DNA of 64,000 nt from an uncultured virus (IMG/VR IMGVR_UViG_3300035135_002062) (Duplodnaviria > Heunggongvirae > Uroviricota > Caudoviricetes), in IMG/VR virus record IMGVR_UViG_3300035135_002062. One strand, written 5' to 3'. This document shows, piece by piece, positions 32,175 through 40,653 of this stretch; within the stretch, counting starts at the first letter, position 1; each line of letters opens with the position of its first letter. The translations under genes were made by a program, and so were the position numbers. A model generated the notes under the pieces. That model searched no databases. It was not told the origin of the DNA and saw only the letters and a program-made list of their open reading frames with translations.

Positions 32175-33962
32175 CTATCTAACTACTTGGGTTCTGTTTA
32201 AATCTCGATCGGTCATAGTCGCGTCCTTAATTTTTCCAAACATTTGTCCCATTTTCATAACTGTATTATTAGACGCTGTATGTGTATGAGTTACATTTAC
32301 AGTTTGTGTTGACGAGTTATTTGTTTGTCCATCATTTGTTGGATTAACCGAATTAATTAAATCTTTTAAATTTTGTCCTTGTGTCTTGATAATTTCTGCG
32401 ACCTTATCGGTAACACCTTGTGCACCTTCTTCTCCACTTAAGTACGTACCAAGGTCTTTGAAGTCCATACCTACAAATTGTTGCAACGCCGTATCACCTA
32501 CATTAGCAACTTCTAATCTTGTAAGTGCAATCATATATTTTAAATCTCTTGATATGTTTTCTACAGTGGTTGCTTGTTGTCTAACAATATCAGATTCGGA
32601 CATTTGTGTAAACTCATCCTGATATTCTTTTAATTTAAGTGCTTGTTCATTGTTTAATTCAGACAATTTTATCGTTGTCCCCTTAAACTCCCTTTGTAAC
32701 TCAGGTGTCAGTAGTTCGATTTGCATCTCCCCGTCTTTCATTCTTGAGAGGTTTGTCAAGAATTCTTTGTTATCGTCATCTATGTTTAATCCGTCTAACG
32801 CAAGTGCCGCTTGTGCTCTCTCTTGTGCTGCGATTGCCGAGTTTGTGACCTCTTTAATGTCAATACCAAATTGTTTTGCGATGTCTCGTGCCATCCTAAG
32901 GTTAGTGCCTGTAACCTCGAAGTTTCCTGTTTCTTGGTTATAAACCGCTAAGTTTTGTGAAACTCCCGCTAACGCTTCTTGTAGTCCTTCAACTTCGTTT
33001 GTTGCCATATACATAAGTCTTAGTGGATCATTGAAATCCCCAAACGCAGCACCTAATACTTGTAAGTTCGCTGCTAAGTCTAACGCACCTTCAGGTTCAA
33101 ATACTTGATCTGCAACACGGAACGTACTTTCGAGACTAAATCTTAATCTTGTTGCGGTTCTAACCATTTCCGCCAATCCGTCTTGACCATCTTTAAAACC
33201 GTATTCATTTAGTTTAGATATGTTGTCGATCATACCTTCAATTGTTTGTCGAGATTGTAGACCTAATTCTAACGATCTTGCCCCCGCATCTGCAATTGAT
33301 TCCTGTGCCTCAGCTGCACCAATACCTACTTTTTCAAAGTCAAAGTACGCCTCAGTTACATCAGACATGTTCATACCGTATGCCTTTGCAATCTCACCAG
33401 CCCTTACTAACATATCAGTACCTACAAGTGTGAACCTACCTGTACTCTCAACTAATTGACCCGCTGCATCACTAATATCTTTAAAAGTTAAACCTAATCT
33501 TTCTAAATCAGGTTGACCCTCTCTTACTGCATCTCTAAAGTCTTTGGATAATTGTCCTGTTAGTCCAACAGACGCATTTAATTCACCTAATAAGAAACTT
33601 GATTGTTTCGCGTACTCCTCTATACTGTTTGCAGCAACATTACCTATGGTTTTTCCAAGTGCGGTTATAATATCACCATCATCACCTTGTTGACTTCTTA
33701 TATTTTTATATTCTGAAAGGATTGTACCTAAGTCAATTTGTGACTCAGGTGATGCGGATTGTTCTAAAGAACCTTTAAGAAGTTTTGCAAATATACCCTC
33801 GGCCGATTTCTCTGTTCCACCTGTCGTAGTCCCACTATTTTTATTTGTGGGTGTACCTTGCATTTCTTGTCTTATTTTCCCAATAGCACGCTCGAAGTCT
33901 CTTTGAGACATATCACCATCCGCGACCTGTTTATATAAATCTTGAATCTTCTTTTCATCCAT
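32175..33962 (-). CDS. Tape measure-like protein
   Basis: Helical, Ala/Gly/Leu-rich; follows the tube and chaperone genes. Confidence 0.65.
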   Translation of the reverse strand: MDEKKIQDLYKQVADGDMSQRDFERAIGKIRQEMQGTPTNKNSGTTTGGTEKSAEGIFAKLLKGSLEQSASPESQIDLGTILSEYKNIRSQQGDDGDIITALGKTIGNVAANSIEEYAKQSSFLLGELNASVGLTGQLSKDFRDAVREGQPDLERLGLTFKDISDAAGQLVESTGRFTLVGTDMLVRAGEIAKAYGMNMSDVTEAYFDFEKVGIGAAEAQESIADAGARSLELGLQSRQTIEGMIDNISKLNEYGFKDGQDGLAEMVRTATRLRFSLESTFRVADQVFEPEGALDLAANLQVLGAAFGDFNDPLRLMYMATNEVEGLQEALAGVSQNLAVYNQETGNFEVTGTNLRMARDIAKQFGIDIKEVTNSAIAAQERAQAALALDGLNIDDDNKEFLTNLSRMKDGEMQIELLTPELQREFKGTTIKLSELNNEQALKLKEYQDEFTQMSESDIVRQQATTVENISRDLKYMIALTRLEVANVGDTALQQFVGMDFKDLGTYLSGEEGAQGVTDKVAEIIKTQGQNLKDLINSVNPTNDGQTNNSSTQTVNVTHTHTASNNTVMKMGQMFGKIKDATMTDRDLNRTQVVR

Positions 33963-33974
33963 ACTGATAAATAC

Positions 33975-34130
33975 TTAGTCGTTCTTTTTTTCGACTTCTA
34001 CAAGTCGTTCGACGTAGTATTTTCTCAAATAAATGGGCATTTCGAGAATATCACGATGAGTGAACCCTCTTCTGATAAGGAAAAGTATTTCTGTTAGTTG
34101 ATTTTGTCTATATTCCGTAGAAAGGACGAA
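33975..34130 (-). CDS. Unannotated 51-codon +1-frame extension of the tail chaperone (T4 gp51-like/lambda gpT-like role)
   Basis: FVLSTEYRQNQLTEILFLIRRGFTHRDILEMPIYLRKYYVERLVEVEKKND* fills the gap to the tape measure gene; no early ATG. Confidence 0.7.
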   Translation of the reverse strand, partial: FVLSTEYRQNQLTEILFLIRRGFTHRDILEMPIYLRKYYVERLVEVEKKND

Positions 34131-34866
34131 AAAACTCCACCCCAAAGTCGATACTAAACCTGACTTTTTCTCCTGATGGGGCGATTACTTGGTGTCTTAA
34201 GTCGACACCTGGTTTGACTTCATTATAATATTTCCTAAATTTTTGTGAATCTATAATAGGTAATCTTTCTATGAAGTTTCTTTTATTCATTGGGTCTTTA
34301 TTACCTGCAATCGATTGGATTGTTTTTTCTAATCGTTTTGTGATAATAGGTGCGGTTCCAATACCGTTCCAACTTTTTTCGATGTTAGATAACTCTTCTT
34401 CGTCAGATTTAGTAAGAAAGGTAAATGTAATGTCTACATTCGATTTTTCCATGTGATATGGATATTCACCATTCTCATCAGGTTTTAGATCGAACTCTTT
34501 ATAACTTAGTTCAGATAGATCGACAGTATGTTCAAAGTCTTCATTTGTTTGTGGGTCTTTTAGTTTAAGTTTTAATTCACTCCCAAATGCAGTGTTTCTT
34601 AAAAAGATAAGGATTGCTTGTTGGTCCTCAAGAACCAAATCCTCAGGTGCAATATCTTTTGTAAGTACCTTTCTTCTTAGTAGTTCTGTAATAACTTTAC
34701 CCGACGCAACTAAGTTTGCAGATGATAGTATATTCTCATCCGCCGCAGTTAGGTATGCGACTTTTACTGATTTTGTACCATTAGGGTAATAGATACCTCT
34801 ACTTGGTAATTCAACTACATCATAAGATATTGTTGGGTCTATTGCAATATTACTTTGATTTTCCAT
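34108..34866 (-). CDS. Tail/baseplate hub assembly chaperone (T4 gp26-like)
   Basis: VELPSRGIYY, YLTAADENIL, DQQAILIFLRNTAFG, C-terminal EFFRP. Confidence 0.75.
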   Translation of the reverse strand: MENQSNIAIDPTISYDVVELPSRGIYYPNGTKSVKVAYLTAADENILSSANLVASGKVITELLRRKVLTKDIAPEDLVLEDQQAILIFLRNTAFGSELKLKLKDPQTNEDFEHTVDLSELSYKEFDLKPDENGEYPYHMEKSNVDITFTFLTKSDEEELSNIEKSWNGIGTAPIITKRLEKTIQSIAGNKDPMNKRNFIERLPIIDSQKFRKYYNEVKPGVDLRHQVIAPSGEKVRFSIDFGVEFFRPFYGI

Positions 34867-34924
34867 ACGTATATTATTCTATTAAAATGTAACTAATAAA
34901 TAACTGAAAGTAAAGTTTTTGCAT

Positions 34925-34952
34925 AAAAAAAGGGAAACTATACAAATTCCCC
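34925..34952 (-). terminator. Intrinsic terminator after the tail tube gene
   Basis: Minus strand GGGGAATT-TGTAT-AGTTTCCC followed by T7. Confidence 0.7.
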
Positions 34953-34979
34953 TCTTTTCTAATATTTCGACAGATTTTA

Positions 34980-35468
34980 TTAATATACTTGGATACATCT
35001 ATCCATTCTCAATGAACATGTGATAGTGGCTAGTGCATCGTTGTTGTAGTCTAACTCATTGAAGTTAAGGTCTGTGATAAATGTACCTTGTAGGATCCAT
35101 TTCTCTACCACAACTCCTGTTGGGTCTAACATCTCTAATTCGATATCTTTCTTATATCCTGCAGCGTAACCCATTCTACCTGTTACTGACTCTGCGTGTA
35201 ATCTGAACCATTCCATCAATGCTTGTGACGCTGAAGGTCCAATTGGGTCCTTAAATGTGACTCTTAATTCATTCCATACGAATCTACCTGCAACATAAGT
35301 TGAAGTATTGAGGAACGGAATCTCAGTCGAGTTGATTTTTGCACTTGGTCTTGCCGCCGAAGTAACAAACCATTCGTTAATACCTAATGAAGAAGGAAAC
35401 CTAACGATAAATCGGTTAACTCTTTTTGGTTCATAAGGAACGGGCATTTTCATTAATAAATCCGCCAT
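34980..35468 (-). CDS. Tail tube protein (T4 gp19-like)
   Basis: YEPKRVNRF, YVAGRFVW, YKKDIELEMLDPTGVVVEKWILQG; downstream of the sheath gene. Confidence 0.88.
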   Translation of the reverse strand: MADLLMKMPVPYEPKRVNRFIVRFPSSLGINEWFVTSAARPSAKINSTEIPFLNTSTYVAGRFVWNELRVTFKDPIGPSASQALMEWFRLHAESVTGRMGYAAGYKKDIELEMLDPTGVVVEKWILQGTFITDLNFNELDYNNDALATITCSLRMDRCIQVY

Positions 35469-35557
35469 ATCTGTGTCTTTAAATTAGTTTTCTTTTATTA
35501 TCTTTATTATAAATATATCTCTTCTCGAAATATTTTTTGTTTTTAGTTCCAATTGGG

Positions 35558-35586
35558 TTGACAATGTCAAATTTTTTACTTATTTT
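35558..35586 (+). promoter_or_regulatory. Plus-strand promoter candidate with palindromic -35 (TTGACAATGTCAA)
   Basis: TTGACA-N17-TATTTT, opposite to the flanking genes. Confidence 0.4.
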
Positions 35587-35700
35587 TTTATTACCCAGTA
35601 AATACTAGTAAAGATTAATAACTAATATTTAGATAATAATTAAAACTAGTAAAAATAACCAGTATAATACTGGGTGTCATCTCAATTTTTACTTTAAGGT

Positions 35701-35738
35701 AGGGGAGGGTCGTTTGACTCTCCCTTTCCTTTTTTATT
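35701..35738 (+). terminator. Plus-strand intrinsic terminator
   Basis: AGGGGAGGGTC-GTTT-GACTCTCCCTT; two G-U pairs form only on the plus strand; T-run follows. Confidence 0.6.
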
Positions 35739-35743
35739 TCCTA

Positions 35744-38563
35744 TTAGATATTCTCGAATGATGCCCCTGTTGGAGTAATCAAGAATTCTACGTCAATGAA
35801 TTCTAACGATCTTGTTGGTTTGATATAAATCTTACCTCTAAGTGTGTTAGCATCAATGTCTTCAGGGTCGTTTGACACAACAACTCTAAATTCATATAAT
35901 CCTCTTTCTTTCTTAATTGATTCAAGAATAGGATTAACTAATCTTAAGAACTCATTTCTTACTTGTTCGTCATTTTGTTCAAATAACAATCTTACTGCGA
36001 CTGCCGAGATTAATTTTCTCGCTCTTAATAATAATCTTCTTACGTTGATTCTATCAAGTGCAGATTCTCTAACTTGTAAAGTTTTGTTACCCCAAATAAT
36101 AGTTCCCGTATCTGAGAATGTTGCGATTGGGTTAATTCTTGCTTTGTACAAGTCGTCTCTGTTATCTAAAGTTAATTTCTTTCTCGCTTTGATTGCGTTT
36201 ACTAAACCTCTTTGGTAACCCGCTACTGCGAACCATGGATAAGATACGTTATCTGTCAACGCAATATTCTTAACTACCTCACCTGTTGGTGGAATAAATA
36301 ATTGTGTTGCATTGTCTCCGTCTCTTACCTGAATCCATGGCCAATAAGTTGCCGTATAGTTAGTATCTAAATCAACTGTGTCTAATTGGTCAATGATTTC
36401 ATCAACATTATCAGTGTTAGGTGCGTTTACGATATATAATGAATCCGCTCTATTGTCCTCAATCATATCGATCGCCTGATTAGTTAATGAACTGTGTCCA
36501 TAGAAGTTGATACCTGGTGTTGCGAAAATGTTAATGTCTACTGACTCAGGGTTAGAGAATGTCTCAATACCCTCTAAGTATGCGTAGTAATCAGAATTTC
36601 CTACTGAAGAACTGAATACACCACCATTTGTTGTGTGTCCACTTACATAAGTGTTCTTACCGAAGATATATCCATCTCCATTAGTTCTTGTTCCTCTATA
36701 GATATCCCATCCATCAAATCCACCACAAACCGTGAAAGTGAATTTTCTAAATGTTTTACTTTCTAATTTTCCTTTATTAACACCTTCTAAATCATAAGAT
36801 GTTGTCTTATAACCTGAGATTCCTGATGCGTTGGTTGATAAGTGGAAACCATGTGTAGTGGTTGCCGCCCCTGTACCTTTATATGAGAATAAATCCGCAT
36901 CGATACCCGCTTGACTTGATAAACCTAAAGTTACTTTACGAACTTTGTCTCCATTTGTTAATTCAGGTTCACCTGTTGCAGTATAACCGATGGTATCTCC
37001 CGCATCGTAATATTGTGTTTTGAATATTACATTACCAATTTTAGAATTACTTGATCCAAGTACATCAGATACAAAACCTTTGAAACCTGCAGGGAACGCA
37101 TCTACAGGATGATCCTCCGCTAAGTTTAACATTATGTATTTAGATCTTAATTCATATTCACCGTCTGATGTACCTACTTTTCTACCAATATAACCTGGTA
37201 AATCAGGGTTCATAGAACATCTTGAGAATTTCTCTAATACACTTACATTGTCGTCAGTGTCATTGAAATCTCTAATAATTAAATCAAATTCTCCACTATC
37301 AATATCAATATTTTGAATTTGAACTTTAATTTGTTTGTTTGCCATGTTACCATCAGAAATACTGATTACACTAAATAAGTCAGATACTGATCCACCTCGA
37401 ACCTCAGAAACTACTGTTGGTGAAGAAGGGGTATCCCATTGTGTAACGAAATCATTTGATACGTTGTGATAAACAACATTATCAATGTCTAAACCTCTGA
37501 TAAGACCTTTTGATTTTAAAGTCTTAATTAAGTTAGGGTAACTTTCAAAAACGTATACAGGGAAATCTTGTCTATTTTTATCAAAGACACCTCTACCCAA
37601 TACTTTATCAATATATTTTGTTGAAGCAGTATCTAAATTACAGTCAAATGTCTTAGACCCACTTGTAGATCCAACCGCAGTGATTCTAAATTCACCTAAT
37701 GGATCTGTCTGTGCTTCTGTAGATGCAACTGTAAAACCTGTGTTCGCAGTAATCTCTAATTCTAAAGACTCACCGTCATAACCACCTCTTGATCTAAATG
37801 CCGCCGCTACAATACCATCGTAATCACTGTTAACTGATGCACTATATTCAAATTGTGTGATTGTCCATCCTGTGTTTGCCCCACTATAAACAAATAGATA
37901 TGAGTAAACACCATCAATCTCACCTAAACCATTTACCTTGTGATAAACGTTATACCAATTATTATTACTATTAGTACCAATAGGACCTGCCACCTCAAGT
38001 GAACTGTCTAAACTTGCCGTGTTACCCGAGTCTACATGACCTAAAGTACACCAAGTTCCATCTACCGCCGTTGTAATATCATTAATGAAATCAGGAACAG
38101 AACTTCCGTCAGTTGCTGTTTTACCTGATAAGTCTGCAATAAACGCTGATGTTGCGATTGAAGTGGTTGTACCTGATAAACTATCTACTGTTGAATTTGA
38201 AGAAGATGTATCGACAGTGACACCACCCAATGTTTTTATTGCGAATGTTTTTGTTGTCTTGTATCCCGTTTTACCTAAAACCCTCGTAACGAAAAGTTGA
38301 TTTGATTCTTGTAGGTATGATTTTGCCACATAACCTAATTCGTATTTTGGATTACCATCTGAAAACTTAGTCGGGGAAGTAGGTCCAAAATATGTTTTGA
38401 ATTCATCGAAATTTCTTATTAGTATAGGTTCAAACGCGGGACCTTGTATTGTCTCACCCGCTAAACCCAATGTGGTTACACCCACACTCTGAGCTACGAA
38501 CGTTAAATCCTTCTCCGATGTATAAACACCTGGAGAAACGAATACTCTGTTTGAATTTGCCAT
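35744..38563 (-). CDS. Contractile tail sheath protein (T4 gp18-like)
   Basis: VSPGVYTSEKD, TYWPW, PWFAVAG, INPI, WGNKTL, RINVRRL, FEQND, IKPTRSLEFI. Confidence 0.95.
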   Translation of the reverse strand: MANSNRVFVSPGVYTSEKDLTFVAQSVGVTTLGLAGETIQGPAFEPILIRNFDEFKTYFGPTSPTKFSDGNPKYELGYVAKSYLQESNQLFVTRVLGKTGYKTTKTFAIKTLGGVTVDTSSSNSTVDSLSGTTTSIATSAFIADLSGKTATDGSSVPDFINDITTAVDGTWCTLGHVDSGNTASLDSSLEVAGPIGTNSNNNWYNVYHKVNGLGEIDGVYSYLFVYSGANTGWTITQFEYSASVNSDYDGIVAAAFRSRGGYDGESLELEITANTGFTVASTEAQTDPLGEFRITAVGSTSGSKTFDCNLDTASTKYIDKVLGRGVFDKNRQDFPVYVFESYPNLIKTLKSKGLIRGLDIDNVVYHNVSNDFVTQWDTPSSPTVVSEVRGGSVSDLFSVISISDGNMANKQIKVQIQNIDIDSGEFDLIIRDFNDTDDNVSVLEKFSRCSMNPDLPGYIGRKVGTSDGEYELRSKYIMLNLAEDHPVDAFPAGFKGFVSDVLGSSNSKIGNVIFKTQYYDAGDTIGYTATGEPELTNGDKVRKVTLGLSSQAGIDADLFSYKGTGAATTTHGFHLSTNASGISGYKTTSYDLEGVNKGKLESKTFRKFTFTVCGGFDGWDIYRGTRTNGDGYIFGKNTYVSGHTTNGGVFSSSVGNSDYYAYLEGIETFSNPESVDINIFATPGINFYGHSSLTNQAIDMIEDNRADSLYIVNAPNTDNVDEIIDQLDTVDLDTNYTATYWPWIQVRDGDNATQLFIPPTGEVVKNIALTDNVSYPWFAVAGYQRGLVNAIKARKKLTLDNRDDLYKARINPIATFSDTGTIIWGNKTLQVRESALDRINVRRLLLRARKLISAVAVRLLFEQNDEQVRNEFLRLVNPILESIKKERGLYEFRVVVSNDPEDIDANTLRGKIYIKPTRSLEFIDVEFLITPTGASFENI

Positions 38564-38684
38564 TGATTACTTTGTTATAAATTTTTTATTGTTCTTACTA
38601 TAAATATCTTTAATTTTCTGAAAGATTTACCAAGTTTTCTATTTTGGGATATTTAAAGATATTTTTTTATCTATATTTATCTTT

Positions 38685-38843
38685 ATGAGTGTCAGAAAAA
38701 CAAAAAACCTTAAAATAAGTGATGTACACCACGATAGACTCAAAAAGTACTGTGATAAGAACGGTCTAAAAATCTACCGTGTAGTTGAAAAATGGATCGA
38801 TCAGTACTGTAAAGACCGTGAAAAAGGTCTCTACTCGGAATAA
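38685..38843 (+). CDS. Small ribbon-helix-helix-like DNA-binding protein (52 aa, absent from the ORF track)
   Basis: MSVRKTKNLKISDVHHDRLKKYCDKNGLKIYRVVEKWIDQYCKDREKGLYSE; TATTTAT 4 nt upstream. Confidence 0.72.
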   Translation: MSVRKTKNLKISDVHHDRLKKYCDKNGLKIYRVVEKWIDQYCKDREKGLYSE

Positions 38844-38845
38844 TT

Positions 38846-40081
38846 TTAAAAAAGATAAGTTACACCAACAGTAGAATCATAGAGTGGTGCGCCCGATAAT
38901 GTAACTGTTGTGGAATCTGTAATATTAAAACCTTGTCCTTCCTCTTGTTGAAGACCGTTCACATCTAAACTTATAACACTGTCTATATTATTTAGTGTGG
39001 TAAAACTTAATGTTCCACCCACAGTGTAATTAAAGTATTCTGTAGTTACTTGTTTTGCATTTCCTGACCCATCAATGAAGATATTATTTTTTCCTCTATA
39101 ATATGTGATGGTTATTTGTGCACCCTCACGAGGAGGTTCGACAAATGTAATTTTGGATGTAAGAGCGACGTGATAAAAGTCTTCGTCTTTGACCTGTAAT
39201 AAACCATTAACCGCAACAGTAAATAAAATACCAATAGTTTCCCCTACACTAAATGCGGTCTGTAAACCGTCCGCGGTAAAGGTTGCAACGGTAATATCTA
39301 AATTTTTATTAATGTACTTCTTTTCAAAGTTATTACTTTGTATAAATTCATTCATTAAGAACAATCTACTAAGTGCGGGTTTAACTTCAAACTCTTCATC
39401 GTCTATGATATACCCAAGTAGGGTGAAAGTGTAGTTTTGTAGATAGAACCTTCTCGAATCTAACTCAACAGGAGTATTATCTGCGATGGTGTCTAAAACA
39501 ATTGGTACGTAATGTCCTTTTACTGTAGTGTAAGCCTGACGAGAAGAGAATTTTTGTAGAACAATTTTATTAAATTTATTAAGATCTCTAAATTTTGTAC
39601 AAACAATAGTAACTTCATAAGTAATATCAACGGCAACAGGTTGTGGTATTTTATATACATCAGCACCCATTTGTGTCCCATCCCATTTTGGTACTGAAGC
39701 GTAGTAAAATTGTTGACGATCGGGTATGGTTCTCTGTAAACTTGGATTAGTACCTGGTTGAACATCGGGTCTTCTAATCACTGCGATGAAAGGTAAACTT
39801 GGGTTACCATCTAAATCCGCAAAATTCCACGTATTTGTGAACTCACCCCATCTCTGAATGGTTAAAATTTTTGGGATAATAGGGACAACCGAACCGTCAG
39901 AATTTATTTTGAAATTATCTTTTACAAAATCTAACATACCCAAATCCAAATCATCATGTAAAACGGAATCGGGTAAAAAAGAATCTGACTTTGTTATCTT
40001 GTCCAATAACTCCTGTCTTCTTTCTACCAATTCTTTTCCTTGATAAACACTGATATCATTTTTTCTTTTCGGTATTGCCAT
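38846..40081 (-). CDS. Tail terminator/sheath stabiliser (gp15-like) with C-terminal beta repeats
   Basis: PQPVAVDITYEVTI core; two VNGL(L/Q)Q modules at the C-terminus; lies between neck and sheath genes. Confidence 0.55.
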   Translation of the reverse strand: MAIPKRKNDISVYQGKELVERRQELLDKITKSDSFLPDSVLHDDLDLGMLDFVKDNFKINSDGSVVPIIPKILTIQRWGEFTNTWNFADLDGNPSLPFIAVIRRPDVQPGTNPSLQRTIPDRQQFYYASVPKWDGTQMGADVYKIPQPVAVDITYEVTIVCTKFRDLNKFNKIVLQKFSSRQAYTTVKGHYVPIVLDTIADNTPVELDSRRFYLQNYTFTLLGYIIDDEEFEVKPALSRLFLMNEFIQSNNFEKKYINKNLDITVATFTADGLQTAFSVGETIGILFTVAVNGLLQVKDEDFYHVALTSKITFVEPPREGAQITITYYRGKNNIFIDGSGNAKQVTTEYFNYTVGGTLSFTTLNNIDSVISLDVNGLQQEEGQGFNITDSTTVTLSGAPLYDSTVGVTYLF

Positions 40082-40596
40082 TATATTCCTCTAAATTCCG
40101 CTTCTTGTGCGGGTACACAAGTTATGGTTCTATAATATGGTTTAAACCCAAACATATTATGTTTATTGTCTGATGTAACTTTACCATCATTCGATACAGT
40201 ATAGTACCTTGTTTTTTCTTCAGTCTCAGGATATCCTATAAAATCACCATATTTTATATCTATTTTTAAATCACTAAGATGTTTTATGTACACCTGTAGT
40301 GTCAAATTACCTGGTTCCAAATACCTTACAAGTCCCTTACTATTGTATGAACTGTTTTTTGGTTCTTCTATTTTTACTAAAGCATTAAATTCAATAGGTG
40401 GATAAAACTTTATCTGATCTTTCCCAACCTCGGCATACACAGCATCAGTATCTGTACTTTCTGTATCAACACGATACAGAACCAACTTCATATTTAAATC
40501 ACCATGTAAGTATTCTTGACCTACCGATACATTAAAATCAAAGTCATCACCTGAGAAGAACTTATTTATTCTTGTAATTGGGACCTTTTTGTTCAT
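40081..40596 (-). CDS. Neck/head-closure protein (gp14-like)
   Basis: LYRVD...DAVYAE...FYPPIE, IDIKYGDFIG; start moved to MNKK after TATTTAT. Confidence 0.55.
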   Translation of the reverse strand: MNKKVPITRINKFFSGDDFDFNVSVGQEYLHGDLNMKLVLYRVDTESTDTDAVYAEVGKDQIKFYPPIEFNALVKIEEPKNSSYNSKGLVRYLEPGNLTLQVYIKHLSDLKIDIKYGDFIGYPETEEKTRYYTVSNDGKVTSDNKHNMFGFKPYYRTITCVPAQEAEFRGI

Positions 40597-40653
40597 ATAC
40601 ATAAATAGTTTATTTATTGGTTTGAATTACTTATATTTAAAATAATAGGTATA

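Noticed and set aside
34096..34137. Canonical -1 frameshift at G TTT TTT in the chaperone
   Set aside because: The -1 frame reaches TAA after SSFLRNIDKIN; only the +1/-2 frame is open
35564..35608. 14-codon ORF MSNFLLIFLLPSKY
   Set aside because: Very short, starts inside the predicted promoter spacer and has no supporting signal
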